Positions 33,425 to 46,746 of a DNA stretch of 64,000 bases are shown here, piece by piece. The stretch covers positions 41,542,001 through 41,606,000 of the forward strand of contig CM097885.1 of NCBI GenBank assembly GCA_044892525.1, in the 5' to 3' direction. Made by a program: the position numbers and the translations under genes. Positions within the stretch are counted from its first letter, which is position 1. Each line of letters opens with the position of its first letter. This DNA comes from Schmidtea polychroa (Eukaryota). The notes below the pieces were generated by a model. The model did not search any database and had not been told where the DNA came from. It saw only the letters and a program-made list of their open reading frames with translations.

Positions 33425-34692
33425 CATTAAAATTTTCATTTGACTTTGAAAAATATTTCATTGAAATTATCTTAAAATTTTCCATCTAAAATTATCATTG
33501 AAAAATATTTCATAAAAATTTCCATTAAAAATTACTTAAAAATTTATTTCATAAAAATTTCCATTAAAAATTACTTAAAAAATTATTCCATAAAAATTTT
33601 CATTAAAAAATTTCAATTCTCAAACACCTTCAACTTTTTGTTAATAAATTTTAAAATCTTACTTTAATTTACTTATTACATTACTTTAATTTACTTATTT
33701 AAAAATTATTACTTTAATTTACTTATTTAAAAATTATTACTTTAATTTACTTATTTAAAAATTATTACTTTAATTTACTTATTTAAAAATTATTACTTTA
33801 ATTTACTTATTTAAAATTTTTTTACCATTGATTACTTAATTTTTAAAATTTGGACCTTAATTAACTTTAATTTAATTTTTTAGAACCTTAATTTAGTTAT
33901 TTGAGCCCATTCATTACTTTAATTTAAAAATTTGGACCATAATTTACTTTATTTTAATTTTTTAGAACCTTAATTTACTTTAATTCAATTTTTAGAACCA
34001 TAATTTACTTTAATTTAAATTTTTTGGACCATAATTTACTTTAATTTAATTTTTAGAACCATTATTTACTGTAATTTAATTTTTTAGAACCATTATTTAC
34101 TGTAATTGAAAAATTTGGACCATAATTTACTGTAATTCTAAATTTTTTAGGACCATAATTTACTGAATTTGAAAAATTTGGACCATAATTTACTGTAATT
34201 TAATTTTTTAGGACCATTATTTACTTTAATTGAAAAATTTACCACGTTTTTTAGTGTAGACCACTTATTTCTCAGGACCAAGGAGACTCACCTCACTATA
34301 GTCTGAAAAATCCTTGGCTTTTTTTTTAGTGTAGACCACCTTTTTCTATTGAAAAAATTTTATTTTTATTGAAAATCCCAGGACCATCGAGACCCCCTCA
34401 CTATAGTCTGAAAAATCCTTGGCTTTTTTATTGATAGTTGGATTTTTGTATAGAAAAAATTTTATTTGTATTGAAAATCCCAGGACCATCGTTTTTGTAT
34501 TGAAAAAATTTTTTTGTATTGAAAATCCCAGGACCATCGTTTTTGTATTGAAAAAAATTTTTTGTATTGAAAATCCCAGGACCATCGAGACCCCCTCACT
34601 ATAGTCTGAAAAGTTGCGTAATCAAAAGTTGCAGCAAAAAAAAAGTTGCAGCAGGGGGGGGGTTTGCTGCAGTGGGCTACTATCTACCTACT
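33296..34692. repeat. Right TIR of Polinton B (intact terminus)
   Basis: Reverse complement of the left TIR plus a terminal 169 nt with AAAAGTTGCAGCA repeats and a G run. Confidence 0.92.
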
Positions 34693-34769
34693 ATTTATAT
34701 TTACTAAAATTTTAATGAACAAATAAATGTATTTAATATTATTTACATTCACATTCAAGGGTTTACATA

Positions 34770-34924
34770 ATAAAGGCGCGGCAAAAACAGCACAGAAAAA
34801 GGGAAATATCTCCAGCTAGTCCTTATTTTTTATTAATAACTATGTCTTTTATAGACTCAAGTTATAAATACTTAATTCATGATTCGATATAGATTTATCT
34901 GCGCTGTTTTTGCCGCACCTTTAT
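34770..34924. mobile_element. Small MITE-like inverted-repeat element
   Basis: ATAAAGGCGCGGCAAAAACAGCACAGA / TCTGCGCTGTTTTTGCCGCACCTTTAT. Confidence 0.55.
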
Positions 34925-36077
34925 GGTGGATACCAAATCCAGGTGAATCAAGACAAAATTATTATACAAGACCAAAAGATTTCCGGAACAACAAAAAATT
35001 AAAAATTAAATATATTATAATCAAAAATTTAAAAATTAAGTGTTATTTATTATTGCATTAAATTAAGAAAAAACATATATTAAGATTTCTCGAGATAAAT
35101 ATATATTTTCTCGTGAAATGAAAATTCTCGAATGTACTTAAAATATTGAGTCACAAGACATGATATATTAAAATTATAAAAGTCTCGAGAAATCTCGACC
35201 CTTATTGTTAATTGACATCTGATGTTTGAGAGAAATGCTATGTGATATTTCTAAATATATTTATTTTGTTTCATTTTATTTTGAAAGAATGTTACTCAAG
35301 ATCAGCGTTATTATCCAATTAAGGTGTTCAGAAATTTTCTTGTGACCATAAATTGAAGAAGAACATTAAGTGAGGAGAAAATTACAATTCCTAAACTTCT
35401 AGACTGACAAAACAAATTAAATGTATATGACTTCTAAATATATCAAGAGCATTTTTTAAATTTCAAATACCAACCAAAAAAATTATAGGAAATTCTTTTT
35501 GAATACCTTTTCTTCAGAATCAAGTTTTACTGAACTCCCAAAAATTGTGCTCTTACTACCTAAATATCTCCTTATTTATTATTTTCTCTATCTTAAAGAA
35601 TATTTTGAAGCGAAAGGCTTATCCTAATACCTTTATCTTTATTTTTTTCAGGCTATAAATGAAAATTGCTTTTTATAAAACTCTTTATGAAAATAAAAGA
35701 AAACAAAGAAAATTGAAAATAGATCAACGGTGAAAATGATCTCACTATGAGTTAATAATTTTAGAAGCTAATTATTGGAGTATTTTTTTGCAATAAATTT
35801 ACAGAGAAATTCAAAACAAATAGTATTTTCAGTAAAATTCATCATCCTTTTGTCATCTTTGATTTATTTTTTGATGATACATCAGTTATTTTCATTTTGA
35901 CAAAGATCAAAATGTAAATAACTGAAATAAATAGTATAAAATTAAAATATTTTACTGAGTTATTGATGACTTTAATAATTTATTCAATAAAAAGTTTAAA
36001 TATTAAAGTACATAATACTACATAATAATAATAATAATACTAATAATTATAAAATGATGATTTCTTGGTAGCAGCAT

Positions 36078-36277
36078 TTATTATTTAAAACAATAAAATC
36101 ATAATTTAAGCCTTTTGCTGTAAATAATCTATTTAATGAAAAAATTTTCGACTATAAGATAGTCCTTATCAATCTCACAAGATTGACAAGGACTATCTTA
36201 TAGTCGAAATTTTTTTCATTAAATACATTATTTGCAGCAAAAGGCTTAAATTATCATTTTATTGTTTTAAATAATAA
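36078..36277. repeat. 200-bp near-perfect palindrome (foldback)
   Basis: 98-bp arms around a CACA loop (36176-36179), a few mismatches. Confidence 0.9.
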
Positions 36278-36813
36278 TAATAATTATTATTATACATAAA
36301 TAATAATAAACTATAATAATAATTATTATAAACGGTCAATTTTGCGGAATTTTCCAAAAGAATTTTTCAATGTACCAAAGTACATATTAATTTTGGACGC
36401 TGCAATTGTTAACTATAAATATCAAAGAATTGTTAAACATTTTTCAAACTTCATCCTTAATTTTTTGACATAATTTACGAATGTCCTTTTAAATTAAATT
36501 ATTATTAAAATATAAAAAATAAAGTTTAAAATAATGTGCAAAAAATAAGAAATAATCGATTAGAAAAATTTATTTTTATTTTATAATATGAAAAAGCTTG
36601 TAGGTATTAATTTAAGCCCTATACATTTTGGGCCCCAGGGTTTTTTCTATTTGTCCCTTTGGATATAAATGTTTAAATATTCAGTTAAACCAATAGAAAA
36701 TTTTTTTGAAAGTGATCATCGGGCTCAGATAAATTTCTTAACATGTAACAATATATATATTTTCTGATAAACCCTTGACAAGTCATCAATACAAATATGA
36801 ATTAAATACCTAC

Positions 36814-36878
36814 CAAATAACCGAACCATAAACACTTGCACCCCTAAGGCCATCGAACTTTTCCTAACAGACACTGAT
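36814..36878 (-). CDS. OATP/SLCO exon
   Basis: (K)SVSVRKSSMALGVQVFMVRLF, the OATP KS.ALG...RL motif; 49-nt upstream intron. Confidence 0.85.
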
Positions 36879-36927
36879 CTTAATTAAACAAAAATTACTT
36901 AGAATAAAGCCGTCTTTCAAAATGTAC

Positions 36928-37248
36928 TTTAATGTTACTATATTAATAGGAATTTGTCCAGTAGCTGTCAGGAATACTTGGAAAAATACAATGACTAATG
37001 ATATATAATATGTTGGACAAAACGGTTGACATTTTCCAACTGACAATGAATCTGAAATGGAACATGAACAATCCATATAATTCCTTTTCACTGAAATGTT
37101 TGATGATAAAGTTTTGCACCCAGCATAGCACGGACTATAATAGTTTTTGGATTCTTCAGCATTGCATACTGGCTCGTAGTTTTGAATGGCACAATGGCAA
37201 GCAGAGTTACACTCAGATATCAAATCCAGCTTCCTGTTATCCGATATA
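36928..37248 (-). CDS. OATP/SLCO exon (Kazal-like loop + TM10)
   Basis: CNSACHCAIQNYEPVC...YYSPCYAGC; TTTCAG acceptor; phase 2-2. Confidence 0.93.
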
Positions 37249-38356
37249 CTGAAAGATTTAATGATAAAAAGTTAACGGATGATATATATCACGCCTCGAA
37301 TTTATCTTCTCGAAATGTCATTTATCATGAATAAAGAAAAATATTCTTGAGAAATAAGATTCCAGTAGACTATTCTTCAAGAATGTGAGAATTCGTATGC
37401 AAAGCGTCTCATTTAATATCAAACATCATAAGAAATCTGATCACGGAAGTGACTTTTAATTTCTCAGAAATGACACCCTCTTTATATCATAGATCTCTTT
37501 GTCATAACCACTGCATTTTAATTTCAGTCACCTCTTATAAAATATCATTTTAAACGATTATGACGCTGTTGTACTAAGAAAAGTATTTATCCAAGTGATT
37601 GGTAGGCATAAAATCCTTATGAAATGATTCATCAATGAAGAGTCATGAAATAAAAGTTAAAAAGCTTTGATCAAATGCATCACGCATTGATAAGACGGAA
37701 AGCAGTTAGATCTTAGTTCTATGAACAATCTTGATTACAAATTAAACTAAAATATATTGTCTGCTTCTTCCATCTTGTCTTTGAAAATCATCATAGTTTG
37801 CTAACTAATTCACCTTGAATCATGATTTAATTTTTAATCGACTTTGATTCAAGAGAGGTCAGATTATACCATTAAAATAAAAGCCTACCGTTTTCGACAT
37901 CGGATTATTTTCTATATGTAATAAATTATTTTAAATGGAATAAAAATTGCACATAATTATTCAGAAATATAATTTCTTAGTAATTAGTTAATATTAATTT
38001 AAATCAAGTTCTTATCGATAAGAATAGATATATTTTTGTATTATCATTATTATAGCCGCCATCCAAAATTTCAAACTCCGTAAACATGAGCTCAGTTGTC
38101 GTATATTCGAAATGGTACTGTGAAAGGATGGATATAGTAGCCGGTTCATTCATTTAACATCATGAATTTCTATATATTGTGTCATGTAACGAACCACCAA
38201 AACAATTTGAACCCCCTTGAATATTTAGTGACCGTCACCGTGTTAATGTTACACAAAAACAATTGAAAGAATTCTGGAAAGTTTTATATTTTATTTATTA
38301 ATGAGATGTCGTTTAAATATTTCTTATTTTCCTGTATCATTCAGTAACAGTTTTTC

Positions 38357-38591
38357 CAGTGGCGTAACTAGTGAACGCAGGACCCTGTGTTGCGGGGGCC
38401 CAAAATTATTACTAAAAAATATTTACAATCATTTTCTGAAACTTTTTCCCGCAGTTATAGTTGCCTATAAACATAAAACTATCATTGAATAGCGGCTGCT
38501 GTGAATAACTATGTATTAAACTTTAACCGAAAAATTTAAGCGGAAATATTTTACATTGCGCGGGGGCCCAAATTTTGAAGTTCCGCCACTG
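38357..38591. mobile_element. hAT-type MITE
   Basis: TIRs CAGTGGCGTAAC / GTTCCGCCACTG; near-matching flanks AGTTTTTC / AGTTTTCA. Confidence 0.7.
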
Positions 38592-39257
38592 AGTTTTCAC
38601 AATAATATTTTAGTGACAAAATGATTATTAAATCTTTTTTCGGTCTAAAAGATACGTGAAATATTTTATCTTGTGTCTTTGGGTATCATTCAATAAATTA
38701 TCAGTAATAAATTAAAATTTAGTTAAATTATAATAAGATAAATAAACATTCAGTTACTTGAAATTATAAATGAATTAAAAAGTGATAGCAGATCATATTT
38801 TTTAAAGTAATTTGTTAAGCTTCTTTATTCTTTAAGTATTAAATAACTTAACAATTTTATGAAGTTATGGACTTTCCAAATTATAATTTATCAAATTTTA
38901 AACTGAATTAAATTAATTATTTAAACAAAAGTATTTTAGAAATATCACATAATTAGTGAAATTAAAGAAATTATGCATTATTCAATATAATTATCCAAGT
39001 AATTTCTATTCATCGTCAAATTTTTAAAGAATGCAAGTGAATATAGAAGATATTGTATTAAAAGATAAATTAAATTAAATGAAACTATGTAAATGCAAAA
39101 TATTTCAAATTGAACTGTGTAAATTCACTTTGGTTCTATATCAATGACATTCAATTCAGAAGATGCCTTTTATCTAATATATAATTTGCATCTTTTAAAT
39201 GTATAATGTGTCATAAGTCTTATTCGAAAAATCATGGCCCAAAAGACGATACTATAC

Positions 39258-42200
39258 CAGAGGTGACCAAACGGCGGCTCTTTAGAGCCGCATAAAATTC
39301 ATTGGTTTTTAAAATTTCATTTTTTTTAAATGAGGAACAACTTCGTTTATGAATAACGAAATACGTTTTTATTATATTTTTAACATAAATTGCATAAAAG
39401 TATGACAATGTTATGAAAACCGTTCTTAAGGTTGTTAATTATATTCGGACAAACTCAAAAAATCATAGACAATTTAAAAATTTTCTTGAAGAATTAAAAT
39501 TTGATGATCATTCGAATGAGTTGCCATTCTTATCTATTGTGAGATGGTTATCTAGATATAACGTATTAAGTCGTTTCTGTGATTCAATTGACCAATCAAG
39601 GATTTTCTTAAAAAATCCAGCAAAACTTTTATCCACAGTTAGAAGAAACTTACTGGCTACAAGATTTAATGTTCTTAACTGACACTATGGAACATCTACA
39701 ATCACTAAATTTATAATAACAAGGAAAGGAAAATACTATCGTTGATCTCTCCCAGTCGATTTTTAGCCTTGAAAGAAAATTAAAACTGTTCAAAAACGAT
39801 TTGATTTCGAAAAATTTCAGTTATTTTCCCAGATTGAAAAATATGTCTTACAAATCGAAGATACAAAACTTGAAGAGTATGTATATAAATTACAGAAATT
39901 AATAGATGATTTTGCATTGAGATTTGAAGATTTAAGCAAATTCAAATAATGCATTGATTTGTTGGTGAATAAATTTGAAATTGATGTAGGATTTTCAATT
40001 ATACAAAGAATTTTACCTATAACAACTACTGCATAATTAGAATTGATTGACATGCAGACAGTGGCGTAGCTATGGTGGGGCGGTGGGGGCGGGCCGCCCC
40101 GGGCGGCATATTCGCGCTGAGATCGTCTGTATGGTTCTTAAACCTGAATGCACTAAAATAAATATATACGTATATATCCACGAATAGCAAGAGCTTAACA
40201 ATAACGTATTTATTATTTTAAGAAATGTTTAATTTAAGAAACTTGCCAGTCATAAAACGCTGCCCCTATAGATAAAAAACGTATAAAACAAATTAATAGA
40301 AAAGCAGAGTTTGTTGCATGTACCAATCATACCCTGAATTTGTCCGGTCTACACACAGCTTCAGTGGCTATCAATTCGGTAACTTTTTTTGGAGTTTTGG
40401 ATCGCCTTTACGTATTTTTTCCTTCTTCTACTCATCGATGGGACATCCTGACATCGGCGACTTCTCAAAGTCTCAAACGCGTAGTAGAAACTATATGGAG
40501 TGCAAGGGTTAAAGCTGTGAGTGTCTTAAAAAATAATTTCTCAAACATTTTAAATTCTTTGGAAGATTTGACTAGCGAAGAAGAAAACACATGCACCAGA
40601 TCAGAAGCTGGCGTACTACGTGGTGCGTTGCAATCATTTTCATTTTTGTGTTTCCTCGGTCTATGGGAATCAGTTCTGGTAGAAATTAATGAAACACAGA
40701 ATTACCTCCAAACTAAAGGGATAAATATACAAAATTGTGATATAAAACTTAAGGCTTTAAAGTCATTTTTAATAGATAATAGGAATAAGCTAGTGGAAAA
40801 TTCAATAATATATGCCAAGGAAATTTGTGCTGATTTAGGAATTATCATGGAGCGTGAGCGTCGGTGCAAAAAGAAAAAAAGAATGTTTGATGAAGGATCC
40901 AATGATGCTGAATTGCGAAGAGAAATGTATTCTTCTCTAGACAGGGTTATTCAAGAAATAAATACGAGATTTCAACAGATTCATGTTCTTGCTGAAAAAT
41001 ATGGATTTCTTGCCCCATCTAATCTTTTAAACGAAGATTATAATTGTCAGATAAGTGATGATCATGACGATATTAATAAGGAAGAATTCTTTATTGAAAG
41101 AAAAAGATTAATAAGTTTCGTCGCTGCCGCAGCTATGCGAGACGAAACAGACATATTGAAAGAAAGCCCCTTTGAGGTTTTACAGTTCATTCAAAAATAT
41201 AATCTTGGAAATTCCGTACCCAATATTGTCATTTTATTACGAATTTTCCTGACAATTGCTGTAAGTGTGGCTAGCTGTTTTTCAAAATTAAAATTAATTA
41301 AGAATTACTTAAGATCTTCTATGCACATTTGACGGTTGAGAAATCTTGCCATATTATCAATAGAACATCAATTAACGGAGGAAGCAGACTTCGATGATGT
41401 TATTGATGACTTTGCTAGACGAAAAGCAAGAAGAGTAATTATGTAGATTGTAGAATATAGTTTATGGGTATTAATGTTCTAAGACAATTAAAAAGTATCA
41501 GTTGATGATTATTATATTATATTGTGTTTATTGTTATATTACATTAGTGGCCTTTTTTATTTTAATACCAATTTATATAAACAACTTTTGTATACAATAT
41601 TTTTAGTTATTGGCTAATTTTATAATTAATTTATTTTGTGTGTTTTACTCTGTAATGATATGTTAATTTTGTCTTGTTTTATACTATTTGATATATTGCA
41701 TTCTATTGTATTATTTAAAAATTAAATATAATGATAATTTGACAATGCTTAATTTATTATATGTTTTAAAACACTTTGTTTAAATAAGAAAAGAATATTT
41801 CATACAAGAATAAATAGTATGTATATGTGAAGGGTATGTAGCGTATTTGGAAAGGGAGGAAAAAAATGGGCCGTCTGTTTTGGAAAGTTTTTATTTTAAA
41901 AAATGGACAGGGGGGCGCCAATTTTAAGGATCGCCCCGGGCGGCACATACCCTAGCTACGCCACTGCATGCAGGAAGACCTTGGATTAAAAATGCATCAT
42001 AAATCGATAGTGTCTCCAATAGAATTTTGGAAACTTGTTGCTAAATCTAAATATCCACATTTGAAAAAGGCCACCTTAAAGTTAATCTCAATGTTTGGCA
42101 CGACCCATTGTTGTGAATCTTTGTATTCTGCAATGAAGTATATTAAGTCAAAACATCGCTAGCAGCTAACAAATAAACACTTATCAAATTATAAGCCAGA

Positions 42201-42405
42201 TTTTAAGATATTTTACAGCCAAAATGCAATCCCAAAAAAGAAACATTTGATAGTGAATATTGAATAAATTTTGAAATAAATGATTGGTTAAAACATTTAT
42301 GTAAAAATAAATTTTGTTGTTTTTTTATTTTTGTCAAGGTGTGGCTCTCCATAATTTAAGTTTATGGTTTTTGGCTCTTATGGAAGAAAAGGTTGGCCAT
42401 CCCTG
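39258..42405 (+). mobile_element. hAT (Charlie-like) transposon remnant
   Basis: TIRs CAGAGGTGACCAA / TTGGCCATCCCTG; exact TSD TACTATAC; transposase fragments VRWLSR and SMFGTTHCCESLYSAMKYIK. Confidence 0.88.
40059..41966 (+). mobile_element. Nested hAT (Tip100/ZMYM-like) element, internally deleted
   Basis: TIRs CAGTGGCGTAGCTA / TAGCTACGCCACTG; TSD CATGCAG(A/G); ORF 40340-41332 with the hAT C-terminal SVASC-FSKLKLIKNYLRS motif. Confidence 0.88.
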
Positions 42406-42887
42406 TACTATACTACCCTTTTAATTATTTAAGGACTTAAGTGTTGAAAAAATATTTATCCCACAGCGCGCCTTTTCTATTTGTGAGAGAAATACAATTA
42501 TTTACCTATAAAATATACTGTAAAACTTTTAATTATAAATTTTTTGAAAAAAATTATAAGTGTGGAATTATTAGAGGTTTTTCCAAAAAAAATGATTTTT
42601 AATTAAATATCCATAAGATTTTTTGGTCACCTTTTTCTGATATTTAACTTAATTTTATGATGAAAATTTAATTTTCTATGAAAAAAAATTAATTTTTTAC
42701 TTTTTGTCATAGCGAAAATAAATGAAATATTTTAACAAAATACTTCATTTTTTAAACTTATTTCACAAAGAAATTTCCATTTGTTAGACTTTTTAATTCT
42801 ACAATATTTTTAGAAAGATTTCTTACAATATTAAATGCGGCCCAGATTCTTTTTTTAATATTTATATGTGAAAAATGGATAATTTAC

Positions 42888-43083
42888 TTGTTATAATCAA
42901 TCGAAACTCCTGCCACATGTAGGTCATTACATCCAAGAAACATTAATACCAAAGTTAATAAACCAGTCACGGTGATCATAAATATCATTCCCTTGATTGC
43001 ATTATTCTGAGTCGGTTGGAATTTATGCATCAAAACGCCTCCAAAAAGAACTCCTGCTATTGCTCCAGGAACTACCACACTAC
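42888..43083 (-). CDS. OATP/SLCO exon (TM8-TM9)
   Basis: GSVVVPGAIAGVLFGGVLM...FLGC...VAGV; CAG acceptor, GTAAAT donor. Confidence 0.9.
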
Positions 43084-43169
43084 CTGAGAAAAAATTTAAA
43101 GTGAATAAAATAAATTTAATTAATCAATTAATCTAGTTAAATTAAATAAATTAATGCACCAGTATTTGT

Positions 43170-43950
43170 TGCATTTTTTGTTCATTTGTCTAGGCTGGAG
43201 AACAAATCTTAGTGAAGATGGTTGGAATTTGGAAGCAGAAATTTGTGGATTTGTAAAAATTAGCAACGGTAAGCTCTGAGGTCATACAATTTGCAGGGCA
43301 TTTTGTTTTGGTATTATCCAGTGATCGCTGAAATCTATCACTGTTACTAGAATCGACAAATATTCAAGCCCAGCATCGAGTTGATTTTTTCCACGATCTA
43401 CTCAATAACCCAAGAGACAACCGTTTTTAGAAGCGAATTATTACAGGAGACGAAAGGTGGGTCAACCTGGACATCCATAACAGCAAGTTGTTCTATAGGT
43501 TGCTTCGAAAGGAAGGTGTTATTGTATTATTGGAATTACGAGACACCTTTGCATTTGGAACATCTTACGGATAGTCGAGATATCTATGGTAACCTTTATT
43601 CTGAACAACTACGGCAAGTTCATGATACTTTGAGCACTCGCTACCCAGGACATTTGAATCACGATAGACCAATCGAACAGCATGGTAATGCCCCAGATGA
43701 TACATCACAAAGAAGGAAGCAAGACATCGAAGTCATCTCCCACCCAATGTATAGACTGGACCTTTCTCCTTCTGATTATAATTTATTTCGGTCTCTTTCA
43801 CACTTTCAACAAGGAAGACATCAATGAAGAAGTCAAAATTAGAATCACTGAATTTTTTCGCCTCCAAAACACTTGAGTGTTATCGCCATGGGATTTAGCA
43901 ATAGGTAGAAAGATGGCTTCGAGTCATTAAAAATAATGGACTGTATTTCA
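43170..43950 (+). mobile_element. Decayed mariner transposase remnant
   Basis: ITGDERWV-like segment, QHGNA, HPMYRLDLSPSDYNLFRSL (YSPDL-like); ends not resolved. Confidence 0.65.
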
Positions 43951-43951
43951 A

Positions 43952-44370
43952 GGAAATTTGCACTGGGTATCACAAAGCTTGTGCTGTTTATATTATTCAA
44001 GTCTAAGACATCCGTAAAAAATATTTACACCATTACTTTATAAGTTAAAAATCCTAAAGTTATCGGAAGCACTTGTAAACAGTTTCTGTGTATCGACTAA
44101 TTTTTTAGTCGGCAGAGGTGATTATGATTTTTCATACGCATTGTTTATAAGTTTACAGATTATATGTGACCAAGCTAATTTGCAAGTGATGTGATTTTCA
44201 GTGTACTAGGGAAATTATGCAATAAAGTTGAATCAGCAATATTGTATACTTACCTGGCGCGAAGAGAAATCTTCGCGTCTCCTGCAGAGTACTGATGAGA
44301 GCCAAAAGCTTGAAACTAGTCTACTATTGAGATTTACACTTAGTATCACAAAGCGTGTGCTGTTTATAAA
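43952..44370 (+). mobile_element. Retrozyme/PLE-like ~377-nt repeat unit, copy 1
   Basis: Direct repeat 43955-43992 vs 44333-44368; homologous to 50006-50383 in reverse; contains a hammerhead. Confidence 0.7.
44288..44325 (+). ncRNA. Minimal type I hammerhead ribozyme
   Basis: AGTA CTGATGA GAGC-CAAAA-GCTT GAAA CTAGTC TACT; palindromic stem III (ACTAGT); predicted cleavage after C44321. Confidence 0.85.
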
Positions 44371-44399
44371 ACAATCAGTGTTATAATAATTTGTGTAAA

Positions 44400-46746
44400 T
44401 ATGGATTTTCTTTGATGACATCAGAAATATATCATTATAGTCATCACCAATTTCATTTGTGAATCTTTTCCTAAATTTAAGTATTTTACCAAACGAATTT
44501 ATGTTAGAATCAATTTTTAAATTTTCGGCAGCAAGTTTACATTCAGTTTACATTCACATCACTTTTCTCTAATATTTTTTAAATGAAACATTAAACTATG
44601 GATATTGCTTTCTTCAATACCAATAGTCAGACTTATATTTTGTTTCAATTGTCACCAATATTTCAAATCATATATTAGATAAACCCAATGATTCAAAAGA
44701 ATTTAAATACATTAGAATGCCATTTAATCAGCTCTAGTTTCTGCAGCTAAATTAAAATTAGAAATTTCCTCAATTGCTTTTCGTAATCCTCCTAATTTTT
44801 TAAAATGGTTTTACAGCATCTATTCTTACTGACCAACGTCTATCAGATAAACAATGTAAGGAACATCGAATATTGTCTTTAAAAATTTCTCAAACTTTAG
44901 GATTTGAGCTAAAAATATTATACAATATTTAAAAGGTTCCAAAAATATAATTGCTTCAATACAAGCTTCTGAAGCGTGAACGCCACTAAGATTTAGCAAA
45001 TGGCAAGTCCAAAGAGAAAATACTGAAAAAAATTTTGTTTCAAAATTAAATTTTTGATAGCTTTAATAAGACTGCTCATATGCGTCCCATTATCATATTT
45101 ATGATCATGGCAATTGGTATTCTAAATTACTCCAGGTTTCTGAAAATTTAATTTACGAACGCTTCACTTGTTTATCTGTTACAGGCGACAAATTTAAAAA
45201 ACCTTCCGTAATTTCAAACCTTTCTACGTCATTAAGTTTCAAATAACGTAAAAGCCGATTAACGAAAGCCGTTTGTTCAATATGAGCCGAATCAGAAGTC
45301 ACATTTACTATTTAGAGTAATATTTTGGTTTTTCTCTTTCTTCAAAGTTTGCATTTGTTAAATTATTTTTGCATTCATCAGAATTTCGTATTTCTTGTGC
45401 TCTATGTAAATCCTAAATTTACAGAGTTCTTTGATTCTTATTTCTTTTCCTTTTCCATTGTAATTGCTTTTTGAAATTCATCATCAATAGTTTTCCCTTC
45501 TTTTAAGCGTTTTTCCAAATCTTTCCACATCATGTAGCATGTCCTATGTTCAGAGCTGTTTTCATGTTATGGGACTCTTGGACTAAGATGAGACCAATTA
45601 TTAAATCCCTTTAGGGGATCAGAAAGGTTACAATTTTTTGTTACAGAAAAAAGCATACATGGAAAACAGTATATTGCGTTTTTAGAAATGCCATACAGAA
45701 GCCACTGTCGGTCAATTTTTTCACCATTCGGAAGATTTTTTGTAAACCAATTTACACTAAAATGTCTATTTCTTGCAGCAGAAATTGTGTTCGAATAATT
45801 TTCAAGTTTATTCTTTTCTGGCCAATGTTCTATTAAATAGCATTTTACTTTTTCTGTTATTGGTGACCAAGTCCCAGGGTCAAAAATTGAAAGTTTCCTG
45901 GCATATGGATCTGTTCAGACTGTTCTGATTGTTTTGAGTTTGAATCACGATTGTCGGCTGATATTGATAATTTATTATCAATATCTTTTACTTCAACGTC
46001 AATTTCCAGATTTTGTTCGGCAAAACTATTTGAATTGCTTGGACCATAGACTGCATAGCTTGCATTACCATTATGTGTCGGCGCAAAGCATGATTTCACG
46101 TCTTCAAAAAAAACGGATGACCCTGATGGTTGCGTTACGGTATTTTCAACTTCATCATCATTTGCATTGTCATTGTTTTCTATTTGAGAGACACTAAACT
46201 CCGTTCTTCGCTTAATGTGGAAGTAGAGGTTCGAGTCAGCCATTTTCCCAATTGTTTTTGTGTTCTTTTATGTTCTTCCTCACGCAACTTTCTCAATTTT
46301 TTAAACGTTGCACCACATGGTTTTTTCGTAATACCCATTTTTTAAAATTAATCTATTTTATTTTAAATTAATAATATTATTTTATTTATCAATTACCGTA
46401 TTTAAAAATTAAAAAATGAAAGATTTAAACATTTTCTTTTCAATGATTTGTTGTTTATTTCCAAAGGTAAACGGGAACAATATGGCCACTGCAATTTGCA
46501 TAATAATATCAGGTGGCGATTTTACAAAATACACACCTAATGCACGCTAATGGACCAGTCCAACCAGTAATGGTAAAGATAAGATAGCCTAGCTAGAGTC
46601 GTTTTTCATGCATGAAATGTGATAATTTTTTTAATTATTCATATTTTTCGGTAACACTAAAAAAATTTTACATCCCAATTTTGCGCCCCTTTCAGTTGTG
46701 CGTCCAGTGTGACTGCACCGCTCGCACTACCCTTGTTACGGGCCTG
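44400..46746 (-). mobile_element. Decayed hAT (ZMYM/TTF zinc finger) transposon
   Basis: RQWLLYGISKNAIYCFPCMLF...GFNNW...HENSSEH near 45540-45710; terminus CAGGCCCGTAAC at 46746; left end not resolved. Confidence 0.7.

Larger units (their letters stand above)
18805..34692. mobile_element. Polinton/Maverick element B, defective, inside an OATP intron
   Basis: 1.2-1.4 kb TIRs; right end ...CTACCTACT (AGTAG on the reverse strand); flanks ATTTAT (18799-18804, 34693-34698); pPolB, MCP, pentons, integrase, ATPase, protease. Confidence 0.95.

Noticed and set aside
34283..34304. T7-promoter-like CTCACTATAG in the Polinton B TIR
   Set aside because: Only the 10-nt core matches, the upstream TAATACGA is absent, and it is part of a native subterminal repeat
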